From contig NC_087438.1 in the NCBI RefSeq assembly GCF_036321535.1, positions 6,822,001-6,886,000 on the forward strand: 64,000 nt of DNA. Direction: 5' to 3'. Shown one piece after another: positions 38,701 through 51,850 of the stretch. A program made the translations under genes and the position numbers. The first letter of the stretch is position 1; the number at the start of each line of letters is the position of its first letter. The notes beneath the pieces were generated by a model. That model ran no database searches and was not told the DNA's origin. It saw nothing but the letters and a program-made list of their open reading frames with translations. This stretch comes from Camelus dromedarius. Lineage: Eukaryota.

Positions 38701-41399
38701 TTGATTTATCCACTTACTATATTTATAGCAGCTGAGTAAGTACTTAGAAGGAATTTGCTTGTTGGGTTTGTAAGTCTCTCCTGTCAGAGACATGAAATGT
38801 TCCAGATATATTAAATTTCAAGGATAAAAATCCTTAAGGAAATTTAACTAAGTTTCTAAGTTTGATTATTTAGGTGAACCCCATTTGTTTAATCTCCTTT
38901 ATTTAAACAAGCATTCATAAGCACAAGCTGACATTCTTATTTTTATGCCAAAATTATTAAATGTATTAGCTAAAACAAAATTGTCATTTTAACTTGACAG
39001 TTTAAGAACAGCTTAAGAAAGAAATTAATTTTCAGCTTAACAGCTTGAGAGATATTAAGAGCTTAAGAAGAAATACCTTAAGAAAAAAATTAATTTTCAA
39101 CTTTAAAAATCGGGCATTGATGTAAACAAAAATTATTCTAAGAAGTATTTTCTGAGACAAAATCTTTACTAAAATGTCCTTAAAAAAAATCTAAACCATT
39201 GTGTACCTCAAACAGGCTCAAAATGTTCACATTTTGCTTTGAAATATCAGTAGGGTTGTCTCGGTTCTTTTTAATAGTCACTTAAAGAGTGATCCTAACA
39301 TCGCAGCTAATTTTAAAGCCCCGACTGCATTGAAGACGATAGTTTTTGTATGATATGCGAGTTGCAACCATTCAACTTCCACTCAATAATAATATAATAA
39401 TGGTATTTTTAGCATTTTGTTTCTTAAAGCATGTCCACCGCTTGTCTAAGCAGTGTTTTCTCCATAGCAACCAGAAGTGATTTATCATCTGGCTCTTCTG
39501 CTTGTCCACTTGAAAGCTGAAGGCACACACACTTCACCAGCATCATTGTCAAGTGTTCGTGGACTTGACGGCTAAAACAATTTCATTTCCAGGAGGTATT
39601 TCCCCACTTGGGGCTGGAGAGGAAAGTAATGTCTTCAAAAGCTAAAAGCTCTTTAACAGGAAAAGGAGTTAGCACCATGTCTAGCACATAGTAGGTGCTC
39701 AACACACAGGGGCCCCTGTATTCTCAGCTGCCTGACATCAAGCCTTCGCCTCCTTATTCCTCCAGGTGAAAACGTAGCCAAGACCGGAGGCAGGAGCCTT
39801 GGAGGACTGCAGGTAGTGTCTCCGGGACTCAGAAGATGTGGTGCTTAGGGGCTTCCTGCTCAACCTGCCTTTCCTGGTCACACTCAGCCCCTGGCAGACC
39901 CACTCCAGACAAAGTAGGAACACTTTTCTTGAGCACAGTGCCTCGCTTCAAGTTTCTCCCCTCTGGCTTTTCCTGTGCCTTCAGGATTTCTCATGTGGGG
40001 ACCCTGCCCAGCAACAAGAGCCCCGAAGCTCTGGGTCAGGGTCATTAGCCTGATCCCTGTACGCAGGGGACTGTGGATGGGCCTCCGGGGAGTCCTTGAA
40101 CCTGTGTGTGCAAGTGGAGGACATGTGAATACTTATGGGGAGAGTGCCCACAGCGGGATCCTGTTCTGCAGGGCCAAGGTCACCACAGCAGATCCGTCCC
40201 AGCCCCGCCCCACTGACAGACTCCCTGACCCTGTCCATTCCCTGGGCTCCAGGTGATCTGACACTGCAGGTAGGAGATAAATTAACCCCAACAGAGATGT
40301 CAGGGGCTGGGCTGCCAGGGCCCTCAAGGTTACTCCTCAAGAGTCAGCATCAACTTTATAGCAGAGGAGTCAGCCATGAGGTGTGTCAGGCACACTGATG
40401 GAGATATCAAAGCTGTTTTAAGATGACAGGTTAAGCATTTAAACGCAATAGGACAATTTCAGTCGGACAAGACCACACCGCCGGCACCCGAATGATCACT
40501 GAACCCACCGCCCTGCTCTCTGGACAGAAGGCCTCACCCTGGCTCACCGCTCACAGGCACCGCACCGCCCTGTTTCAGCCCTGGCAGGACTGCAGGGGTG
40601 CGTCACCGCCCCGCTCTCTGCTCTCCAGGAGAAGAAGCCACAGCTTCCTGCAGGGTGAGTAGGGCTCCTCCAGGTGAGACAGCCAGCCGGGTCCCAGGTA
40701 GGGCTGGCTGCAGCGTGCTGCCTCTTCTGAGCGGGGTGACCAACTGTTCTGCTGTCAGCACTGGAAGTCCTGCGTCCTGGGAAAACCATCAGTCCCTGAA
40801 AACTGGAGTGGTGGTTTGCCCTGCAAATGAAAAGCCCGAAATTCCCATTTTCTGGGGAAATATTCAGAGCTGTATCCTAAGCCAAAACAAGAGAGTGGCC
40901 CAGAAGTCTTTTAAAAGTGTGTCATTTGAAAACATCCAGGAAGACCTTTTGTGTGGAGAACTGCTGTTTTTTGGCCAAAGATCAAAGTGTCCCTCCGCCG
41001 GGGACACAGAGCATCAGTTCCTTGCTGAGCGGGAGACTTGGCCATCTGGTGGGCAGCTGTTTTTGACTCAAGCATCACTTGACTTCAAATCAGAGTTAAA
41101 TGAAAACTTATTTCCTCTCCAGGCTGCTGTGTTCTCATCCACTTGTTTCCCATAACAGTCTCCTCCCAGCCCCAACATGTTTTCCTTCACAAGACGGTCC
41201 GCTCTTAGTGGGCAGACACTGTATTTTAAATGAACCTAACACTGCTACAGTCATGGGGTAACGTGCGTGCATTTGTAGACCGCCTTGTCTCCGAGCCTTC
41301 AGCTCCTGGGATCCAGGCTTGGCTGGCTCCCCAGTCTTCAGCCCCTCCAGAGAAAGAGCAGGGCAGAAGGTGGTCACACACCCGTCCCCTAACCTCTGC

Positions 41400-41575
41400 T
41401 TCCAGTGGGACCATTGTGCCTCCTCCCCCAGGGACACTGGAGTCTTTGTTGTCCCGACTGGTGGTGTCCCCCTGGCATCTAGTGAGTCGTGGGCTGGAAT
41501 GCTGCTGACACACCTTACAATGCACAGGACAGCACCCCCCACCACAAAGAATCCAATACCAGTGGTGCCAAGGGT
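41400..41575. mobile_element. MER20-like DNA transposon
   Basis: ctggcatctagtgag...atgctgctgacacaccttacaatgcacaggacagcaccccccaccacaaagaat. Confidence 0.8.
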
Positions 41576-42021
41576 AACGTGGGAGGGCGCCGAGAGTCTG
41601 GTCCTCTAGCACTCTGGGGACTTTGAAAATAACACATCCCAAGGCTTACACATTTATCACCTCCTCCGACGAGGAGTCTCACTGTTTCTAAGAATGAGAA
41701 AAACATCTTTCTTTTAGAGGGAGAGAGAAGAGAGTATAAATTAATAGCGAAAAAATAATAATAAATTCTAGTTTGCAGAAAAAAAATATCTCCTACCCAG
41801 TCCCAGTATAAGGAAGAATTAGATCCTTAATAAAGGCTGTTGGTAATGATCTAATGATGCTGAGGACGTCACTGGTGATCCTTCAGCTTGTCTTCCTGTT
41901 ATAACTGTGTAACGCCCTGCGACTAGGAGAGGGGAAAAAAGGTGCTATTTTGACATTATATTGAACTCTCTTTGAAACACTTTGCAAATAAAACTGAAAC
42001 ACTTAAAAAATTTGTTGGTAA

Positions 42022-42550
42022 GTCCACACAAAGACATGTGCACAAATGTTCATAGTAGCTTGTTAATAATAGGCAAAAACTGAAAACAGTCCAAATGTCC
42101 ATCAAGGGGGGAATGGATAAACAAGATGTGGTACAGCCGTACCCCTAAGTGGAATACTTGCTGGTAATAAAAAGAAATGAAGCAGCAATGGATGCTACAA
42201 TGTGGATGAGCCTCGAAAACATTATGCTAAGTGTACAAAGCCAGACAGAAAAGGCCGCATATTGTAAGGTTCAACTCATATGAAATGCATTTTTGAAAAA
42301 AGGAAAAGGCAAATAAATCTATATACATGGCAGACTGGTGGTTGCCTAGAATTGAGAGAGGCGGACAGGAGCGGAGACTCACTGCAGATTGGCTTTCGGC
42401 ATCTTTTTGGGGTAGAAATGGTGGAAATGTTCTAAAACCAAATTGTGATGATTGCACAATATAGTAAATTTACCAAAAATCATGGCATTATACACTTAAA
42501 GTGGGTGAATTTTATGGGAAGTAAATTATGCCTCAATAAAGCTCTTACCA
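42022..42550 (+). mobile_element. Ancient L1 (L1MB/MC-type) 3' end
   Basis: cacacaaagacatgtgcacaaatgttcatag...caaatgtccatcaa...aacattatgctaagtg...gtgaattttatgg...aaattatgcctcaataaagct. Confidence 0.88.
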
Positions 42551-44504
42551 AAAAAATCTATTGGACTTGGAAGAATTTTTTCCTAATATTTGGTAGAGAA
42601 TGTTATAAAGAACACTTAATTGAGGGGGAAAAAACCATCTCTGTTCTAGTCTCGATTCTACCCATGATCAACTGCATGACGGAAGGCAAGCGCAGATGTG
42701 CTCCTGGACTCAGCTTCCCAAACTGTGAAGTGACTGAGAGCCCCTGGGTACTGTCCGTCTCTCACGGTGTGAGATTTGGTTAACGGACTCCCCACATTTC
42801 AATAGGACGAGCAGCCAGCTACGGCTTAACTTGTGGTCCTGGGTTATTACTTCGTAAGAATCAAATCCCGTTGGAAGTCTGCTGCAGTTTATTGGGAGTA
42901 GGTGACTGCACATAAAAGTCAAGTCCAGGACCACGTGGATGGCTGAGTCAGTCTCTCTTCCAGGTCTGCCCTGCTCTCGGTCAGGAAGGGCCCTCCTTCC
43001 CATCACTACACCAGCGGCAGACAAGGACGTTGGCACAGAAGGCCCAGTGTGGGGTCCTTGTGGGCAGGTACACTCATGCCCAAGGGGTTCCTCTTCCCCT
43101 CCCACGTCGGGCCGTGGTGCCACTTCCCCCACTTTGGACAACAGCCTGGGACACGCCGCACAGTCTCAGACTGCAGTGCCCAAGGCAGTGCCGCCACCTC
43201 ACCCCCATCAGGCTCGTCCTGCTTCGGGGATGCTGTATGAAAGTGAGAAAGCAGATCAGCCTGTGGGGAGCTCTCACCTCTTCAAAGGGTCAAGGACCTG
43301 AGCCCATCACCATTGTTCTTCGCCCTCATGTCCTATGAGGAAATAGGAAATGTCCACCCTACCTCTTTAGGGGATTCCCCAGGCAGAATTGTAGTCCCAC
43401 CAAATGGGCTGGAACACTAGAGCTTCCATATGCAGTTGCACAGGTTGTTGACTGCACAAGGATACCCAACCAAGGGGACAGGGATAGGAGGTGAAATCGC
43501 GCTCTGTTTGCTAAGCTCAGTGCCCCAAGTAGGATGATGGCCATGCAGAGGAGGAGCACCTTCTTCAAATTTGAACCAAGGCACCTAATTTAAACAAAAA
43601 CTGACGGGCCACAGGAAGCCCTGAGCATCAGTGTACCACTGTGCCCATGGTGCTTCAGATCTTCCCTGCTCACTGTCTCCAGGACTCTCAGGAAGGGCTG
43701 CTCCTGCCTTCTGCCCGCAGTCTTCTCCCTAGCTCAGACATGGTCTGTTGGGCGAGCAGGACCCAGCTACCTCCTGGCTGTTCGGGTTCCCCTCGCAATC
43801 TCCTTCCCTCCCACTACTCCATACCCTAACGGCCTCACACTACCCTCCTTCTCCTTTGGTCAAATGGAAAACTCTTCATGGAACTGTTTTCAAATAAACC
43901 GATGCCTCTAAGTTGCAGCTGACAGCTCTTCATGCAGCAGAAGTGACGAGAGACGAGGGCCCTCGTGATTCGAGGGCAGGGTCCCCTGGGTTCGAGTGCT
44001 GTGCCAGGGCCACAAGGCTCTCACCGGGCAGCTTATACACTCCCTGTTTCACAGATGAGGAAACTGAGCTTCACAAAAGGCAAACAACTCGCCAAAGCCA
44101 CAGAACCCAGGGCGGGGCAGGTCTGTCCAACTCCACTTCTCCAGGTCTCTTTGATCCCTCAGTACACTGTCTGGAATCTGCTTTCCTCTCCCCTCTGTCT
44201 TTTAAAACCCACCCAAGCACCATTTCCCACTCAGACAATGCCTCACTCAACCTTCACAACAAAGGAATCTGAAAAAAAAAAACAAACAAACATATATGTA
44301 TGTATGTATATGTATAACTGAATCACTTTGCTGTACACATGAAACCAACATTGTAAATGGACTGCACTTCAATTTTCCTGGCCCCTAAGTATAAGCAGCC
44401 AAGAACATTTCATATTTCTGAATTTTGCAAACACACAGAAAAATACTTTCTCACTACACAGCCAGAAAAGCTTTGGTCTTATATCTTTCAGGTCATTAAA
44501 AAAA

Positions 44505-44765
44505 AAAAAAAAAAAACAACTATGGTTACCAAAGGGGGAGTGGTGGGGGGTTGGGATAAATGAAGAGTTTGGGATTAGCAGATACAAACTACTATATACA
44601 AAACAGATAAACAACAAGTTTCAACTGTATAGCACATGGAATTTCATTCAGTAGCTTGTAATAACCTATAATGAAAAAGAATATACATATATTTATAACT
44701 GAATGACTACGCTGTGTACCAGAATTAACACAACATTGGAAATCAGCTCTACTTCAATAAAAGAA
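44505..44765 (+). mobile_element. 5'-truncated L1 3' UTR
   Basis: tatggttaccaaaggggg...gggataaatgaagagtttgggattagcagatacaaactactatatac...cttcaataaaa. Confidence 0.9.
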
Positions 44766-45689
44766 AAGCGGGAGGCCACCCTAACTTACAACATTTTCCA
44801 AAGTACAGTCACTTCCCTTCCTGAATTCCCCCCCCCCCACCATGTCACACACAGTGTAAACTATGTACCCAAGCATCAGTGATAATCAAATCTCCTGTTA
44901 GCTAACACGGTGAACTTCCAAGGAGCGTTCCCTTAGCAAATAGAGGACACTTATCCAGGCTGCGTGGAATCGGGAAGCTTTGCTAAGAAGGCCAAAACTG
45001 AGGGCATAATCAGACAGAGGGGCTGCCCCTTACACGAGCTGGTGGCTCACATAATAGAGCATCTTGTTTCAATGAGAACAAGAAGAGATACATGGCTGTC
45101 CGGAAATAACCAATTATTTTTTTTTACGAAAAGAATCCAGCTGTGTCCTTTTACACCATGTTACTTCACGAATCCTCTGAAATAATTTGCAACTCTGTCA
45201 CTGCATTACTAAATTAGGGGGGCATAATTCTCCCAATTAAGCATTTAAGTCAAAAAAAGAAGAGGAGAAAGAAAGAAACATCTCGAGGCATCTTTTGCTC
45301 AACTTTAAAGGAACTAAAGATTTGTTCTTGCCAAGCAGTGAGTGCTAAATCCTGAGGGCTGTCACAGCTTCAAACGAGCTAACAGATGTTTGTTCTCAAG
45401 TACATTTTCCTCTCAATGGCATTTTGAGGATACTATAAACTTACTGACAGTATTTCGGGGGAAACTTTTTTAAAAGATTATTTTGTTATTAAAAAAAATA
45501 ATCCAACAAGCGTTTTTGAATACATGTTGGGCTATATGAAGCAACAGATGAGAAGCAGCGACTTAGGGGAAAGGTAGAAACTACAAAGGTGATGCCTTCA
45601 CACACAAACTCAGCTGTGAACCTTACAACAGTCCTGTTTTCCCTATTTTGGTCCTCCTCTTCCTGCGTACTCCTAGTACAGACCAGAGG

Positions 45690-45830
45690 TCTGAACCAGG
45701 GGTGATTCTGCTGCCAACAGGACATTTGGCAATGACGGAAGAAATTTTGGTTATCCCAACTGGGGATGCTACCGGCATTCCGTGAGTAGAGGCCAGGGTG
45801 CTAGGTAACAGCCTACAGTGCACAGGACTG
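45690..45830. mobile_element. MER20-like DNA transposon
   Basis: ggggtgattctgc...ggacatttggcaatg...ttttggttatcccaactgggg...gtagaggccagggtgct...cctacagtgcacaggac. Confidence 0.8.
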
Positions 45831-45849
45831 CTCTACAGGAGCGCTGTCC

Positions 45850-46375
45850 AGGACAGGGAGCATTGCACTGGGGACTCTCTCTTGCTGGGAACAAGGAGGA
45901 ACGTACTTGACACAGGCAAGGGCTGAGGATGGACTTGTTAGAGAATCCAGGCCTGTGATGGAAGATGAGTAAGAACTGGCCAAACTAAGGAGAGGGGAAA
46001 ACAGCAAGCTGGTGTGTGGGCACAACAAAGCAGCCCTGCCTTACCAGGGAAAAGGCAAGGGAAGGCAAGGCCAGCTCCTGAGAGCCGCAGGGGGATGCCA
46101 GCTGGGACTTTGTCTGGTGGGTCGTGGTTGTGAGGTCATGAGCCAAAGGTCATCACCCTGGTGCCTGGGTGGATACTGAATGTAAGGGGGGGGCTTGGAG
46201 ACAAGGAGACCAGATGTGAGGTTACTCCTGGGGAGAGAGGAACTGGGCACAGGCAGTGTGGAGAGGATGAATCAGAGTAAGAAACAAGAGGTAAAATCCT
46301 GGTGAATTTACACGTAGAGAGTAAAGAGAAAGAAAGTTCTAGCACGACCTCCAAAATCCTGGCTTGGGTGACTGA
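45850..46375 (-). mobile_element. L2 3' portion
   Basis: Antisense-L2 pattern ending gacctccaaaatcctggcttgggtgactg (reverse complement of the NLGVILD-coding region). Confidence 0.6.
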
Positions 46376-46389
46376 GGCTCCCTCGGGAT

Positions 46390-47290
46390 GACCCTCTAAA
46401 CTTTCTAGCCTCTTGGTCCTTTGACTTTCTCCCCTCCAGTGACCTTTGTCCCCTCCACTCCAGCCATCTGCACAATAGTTATGCCTTGTTATGGCCAGAA
46501 GTTTCCAGAAGAACTCTCAGTTGTGGTCTTCCATTCTCTGACTTCCTCCTCTTCTACTTCTGGAATATTTGCTCAGGACTCTTGATGCGCCAAAACACTC
46601 AGTCCTGCTCACGCCTCCTCCTCCTCACTACCCACTGACTCTCTACGCTTCGCTTTTCTGCATGTCCAGCTTAGAGTCCTTGATTCACTAACAAAAACCA
46701 CCACCTTGATGACCCGCTGACCCGCTCAATCCTTTCCCCCTCTCTCCTTTCATCATCAATGCCTGTCCAGACCTTCATCCTTCCATGGAATCTCTCTGGA
46801 TTTCTGCCTGTGATTCTACAATTGTCTCAAAATAAGAAGTTTAATGTAAAAACCTGGATGGTGCCAACTCTCTGGCATGCCCACAAGTGAACAATTGAAG
46901 TTACTAGACAAACAATCAGGCTGACTCATGATCTCAGACCTCACATGGAACCTCTCCCATTTGTCCTTTTCCTCTCCGTCACTCATCCTGTACCTCACTA
47001 CTGATTCATACGTGTATGAACACATGTGAACTGTAGGGCGATTTTGCCTTGGTCTCTGGGATAGAGCAAGCATACTTTTAGCATGCTTACTAGCGGAAGT
47101 TATACCCCAGTCAGTCTTCAAAGGGCCCCAATCTATCTTTTGCTTCCACCATTCAAGGAAATTTCTCTCAACAAGGTCACCAAAGCCTTCATCTGCCAAA
47201 TCCAAAGGAAATGAGTGAGGTATTACTTAACCTCTCATTTGCATTTGATGTGTTCCTTTCTCTGAAAACATTCTGCTCTCTTGGATGCTG
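46390..47290 (+). mobile_element. L2 ORF2 fragment up to the start of the RT domain
   Basis: caccattc...caaggtcaccaaagccttcatctgccaaatccaaagg...tacttaacctctc...gcatttga corresponds to decayed HSTETAL.KVTNDL...LDLSAAFD. Confidence 0.75.
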
Positions 47291-47999
47291 TGAGTTCCCT
47301 GCAGCAAGATGGGAAAGTTTCAGCCTGCAGGAATATGGGCACCTAGACATTTTCTGCTCGTTTTGCCCTGCATGAAAGAATAAAATATAAATGCTTCCCC
47401 TAACTTCCTGCAGATGCTGGAAGTTCTCCAAGGACAAGCAAACTATACTTTCATTTGCTTGAGCTCTAAGTTTAATGGACCATGAAGAGGAAGAAGAGAG
47501 TAGATTTCTGGGTGTACAGAGTATAAAGAAAGTGTGGGATGAGGAAGCATAGGAACTGATGGAGGGGTGAGGACGCAGTGGAGAGATTGCTACCAGAGGC
47601 ATCCCAAAGAAGGGAGGAGCTGATATCTGAGAAACCGCTGATAATGGAGAAGACAAGGAAATATTGAGAGTGGACCCATCAGAGGACCAGAGCAAGATGC
47701 TTTGCTTGAGTGCCCTGGGGATTGGGTAGGCAAGAGCTGAGCCTTGTCTGACGACCATCCAGCCTTCTCTCAAGGAAGAACTTCCTACTATGTGCACGTG
47801 GATGGCTTCCCTTCGTCTCTGCCCCTACCAGAGAGAAGTCCTCTCTTTCTATACTAACACCTTAACTGTTGACTCACCAGCAAGAAGGTTCCCTGTCATG
47901 CCTTAGGACTATGTCTGGTTCCCATCCCATGACTATGTTGATGTCTCCTTGTCTTAAAAAACCTCACTCATAAACCCAGGAAGTTGAGTCTGGTCATGA

Positions 48000-48377
48000 A
48001 ATGAGCGTCCTTCACCCCTAAACTGAATCCCCAGTATCTCAGAATGTGACCTCAATCAGAATTAGGGTCATTATAGAGGTAATCAAGTTAAATTTACAAC
48101 ATTAGAATAGGTCCTTATCCAATATGACCTGTGTCTTTAAAAAGAGGAAACTTGGACACTGAGAAATGCACAGAGAGATATAAGAGAAGACGGCCATCTA
48201 TAAGCCAAAAAGAAAGGCCTGGAACAGATCTTTTCTCCACAACCCTAAGAAGGAATTAACCAAGCCAACACCTTGATTTTGGACTTCTGGTCTCCAGACC
48301 TGAGAGACAATAAATTTCTCTCATTTAAATCACGCACTCTGGTACTTTTTTTAAGCAGCCGTAGCAAACTAATGCAG
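48000..48377 (+). mobile_element. MLT1A/B-type MaLR LTR
   Basis: cagaatgtgacc...gtaatcaagttaaa...atccaatatgac...gaagacggccatctataagcca...accttgattttggacttctgg...aataaatttc...gcagccgtagcaaactaatgca. Confidence 0.88.
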
Positions 48378-48379
48378 GT

Positions 48380-48651
48380 ACCACTTCTAGGTCATGACCC
48401 TAGAAGGAGATACAGATGAACTTTCTGGTCCATTTCCAACCCTACTGGCCTGCAGATGACTACATCTGTAGCAGGCATCTTTGATCCAGAGTGGAAACCC
48501 CATGGATTTGGCAGACCCAGATTTCTGTTAATGGAGCACCCTAGACTGCTCCTCTCTAGACTGGTACAGGAGAGAATCTATCTTTTCTAAGTCACTATGT
48601 TTTGGGTCACTTTGTTACAGCAGCTTAACCTATATAGATCCTAACTGATAC
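48380..48651 (+). mobile_element. Older MLT1-type LTR 3' portion
   Basis: Ends taagtcact...tttgttacagcagcttaacct...cctaactgataca, a typical MLT1 terminus. Confidence 0.6.
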
Positions 48652-51574
48652 ATCATGTATACAGGCCATGGTTAGCTGTATTTATTGACTCACATGTGAC
48701 TTTCAAAGAAAGCTTGACAATGAATTACCCTTAACCTCTCATCATGATTACACATTATCCCATATTTATAGAATTTAAAGTGCATCCTGCCATATCCATT
48801 CCTGCCTCCTAAACCTCCAATTTCATTAATCTCATCAACTTGGCCTCATTGTCCACCTCACTTCTCCCCAATTTGTAAATCACTCAAAACATCTCTTCTA
48901 AGATTTTTTCTTCTTATTTCCTGAAACACAATATTCCCTTTATTTCACTTCAGTCTGGTTTTCAAGTTCAAAATGCTTTCCGAAATACAAGCCTGCCACT
49001 GCACAATTCTCCTTTTCTTTTCAACCCAGGCACAACTGAATGTGACTCAGCCATCATCACGACAAGTAAAGCGCTTTCCCAAAATACTCACCTACCTTTC
49101 CTCTTCCATCTTTTGCCTTGAAGCAAAATCCCCTTCGAAATGAAAGGGACTTCTTCATGCAATAGAATCCAGTGACAATGGAATTTGACTAGACCTTTTC
49201 GGCCTTTTCAAAATGTCAAGGTTACAATGCAGATTTGCTGCTAATTGATACCCAGGCACCTGACTTTTCTTAATCAAAAGAAGTAAGAGGGAAAAAAAAG
49301 GGCTCCCCTCCTCCCCAAATACTAGCACAAAATGCTAATTAAATTCTATCTTACTTTAAGGAAACCCCATGACAAGAATTTTCTTTTATCTAAGCTGGAA
49401 TATCTGGAGTAAAAATTGTGAACATCAAGTACCGGTTGCTTCAGGGTTTTCCTTATGACACATTTCATGTTCCTGAACCTTCCTCTCGTGCAAGTATTCT
49501 ATGAAAGTTCAAATAGGGGATCCGTTCTGCATGCCAGATAATAGTTAAAAACCACGGGAGCATTTGTCTACAAATGCAGACTAATCAGTCAGTCTTACAT
49601 TCACTTTTACTCCAGAATGAAGGGCACTATGAATACATTTGAATTGTTCAACAATGACATAACTTACCTTCTCTATCGTCCATTTTTAAAAAATTTTTTG
49701 CCCTCTCATGAGTTTTATTAACTGAAGTTTGATTACAGAGGGAAAGAATGAGTACCCTCTAATTCTCTGAATCAATTTTTAAGAAAATAAAGTTTTTAGA
49801 AACACAAGAGAACCATATGTTTACTATAGAAAATTCAGATAAACCAAAATAAAGAAAATTACACATAATTCTACTTTCCAAGATACTCACTTCTAATGTT
49901 TTGAAATATTTTTTCTGTATTTTTACTGGGGGTACATATATACATATGTGTATATATGTGTATTTTTTTTTTTTAGAAAAATGGCATCTTATTGACAATT
50001 TTTTTAAATTGAAGTAGAGTCTATTTACAATGTTGCGTTAGATGATCCATTTAGTGGCTCAATGGACTAAGCAGAAGGTAAAATAAGGAAAAATTGTTCT
50101 TCTTTCTCTGGCTCTGTTAGAGAAAGAGCGTGCGACCTTGAGAAAAGAAAATATCCTTCCTCTGACTTTGTTTTCTCATTTGCAAATCAGGGAAAGCAAA
50201 GTCCTACTAATTTACTAATAAATTATCTCATTACTGAATGTAAACACTGTTATTGTTTAGCATTTATTTCCGCAATCTGTCAGGACATTTTGAAATTTCT
50301 GCATGAAATATACAACTTAATGCAGTGTTTCTCCTTCTCTGTCTCCCGTGGCGTGTTGGAAGAGGCAAGGCAGAATGGTGAACACATGGGCAATGTAAAC
50401 GAAATGCTATTTAATTCATTTTGAGATGGATAAAAGGAAATGTAATTAAGCTTTCTAAAAGCCTTCCAAATAAACTTCCCTTAAAGACAAAATGGAAAGA
50501 AGGTTGTAACTGATCAAAGTAGTACATCAGATTCCTTGACAATGGAGATGAAGGGCAGACTGGGTTAACCATGCAGTGTAATCCAGAGATTTTACAGGGT
50601 GGAAGGGAAGCGCCAGAAGCAGGGGTCAGATGCACAGAGAAACAAACTCCATGTCTGAAGCCTTGAGCTCAGACTGACAATTGGTGTAAGCGATCTCTCT
50701 CTGTCTCTCTCTCTTTTATGTATATACAATTAAATATATCTATAACTTGTGCTTTATTTAATGGTGAAAAGCCAAGATGTCTTACAAAAAGGAAGGAGAA
50801 AGCTCTGCACAAGGATTTAGACAAGGAATTCCTTCTGCTACACATGCAAACTGCCAAGGATAGCAAAGGATCCACAGCAAATACTAACCAGTCAAGAGGT
50901 CTGTTTGATGCCTAAATTCTGGTCCCTGGGGAAAAAAAAAAAAGATTTTAATAAAACAAAAACGAGCATAAACATACTCAACAGCCCACATATATTTTTA
51001 GCATATCATTGGGTTACATTTGTAAACTAGTTAGTAAACTCAACAAAATGAACGTGCCGTGTATTTGTTCCAGAATTTTTCACTGTTCAGTAAACTCAAG
51101 CTAAAGCAAAACTATGTTTATTTCTCAGGACACTGTAATTGCACTTCCCTTGAAATTACACACATGAGAAGTGGACACCCTCTTAGGGTCATTAATATTC
51201 CTGAAATGCACCCATCAGAGAAACAGGCATTTTTATCCTTTTTTAATAGATGTGCATGTTCCCACTTGTCAACAGCCCAGACATGTAGTGGGGCTCCATT
51301 TTGAACTGATTGTGAGGTTAACTCTTATGTGTCAAAAGACATAAATTTATCAAGATGTCAGTTTCCTCTTTCAAGGAGTATATGTCTTTATTGTAAAACA
51401 AAATCCTGAGCATCCATTAAAGACTGAATATTCTGTGATATATAGTCTATCAACTGTCACCAACATTCTGTTTTGATTGTTTTCTTACCCCCTTTTCAAC
51501 GTGATCAATTATGAATATGTTATTCTTCCTCAATCCAACACATTCCTTTTCTTTTTTTCTTTTTTGAAGTTTTT

Positions 51575-51850
51575 TTTTAATTGAAGTCTAGTCAGTTTAC
51601 AATATTGTGTCAGTTTCCGGTGTACAGACTAATGTTTCCGTCATCCATATACATATGTTCCTTTTCATATTCTATTTCATTTATAGGTCACTACAAGATA
51701 TTGAATACAGTTCTCTGTGCTGTACAGTAGAAACTTGTTGTTTATTTGTTTTATATACAGTCATTAGTATCTGCAAACCTCAAATTCCCAATTTAGCCCT
51801 TCCCTCTTTCTTTTCCCCCTGGTAGCCATCAGTCTGTTTTCTATGGCTAT
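51575..51850 (-). mobile_element. 5'-truncated L1 3' UTR
   Basis: attgaagtctagtcagtttacaatattgtgtcagtttccggtgtac...ctacaagatattgaatacagttctctgtgctgtacagtag. Confidence 0.9.

Noticed and set aside
47189..47797. 202-aa minus ORF
   Set aside because: Partly overlaps an L2 remnant; low-complexity Ser/Leu composition; no known motif
49668..49683. YWHAE start (MDDRE)
   Set aside because: Five-residue coincidence; no downstream 14-3-3 sequence or CpG promoter
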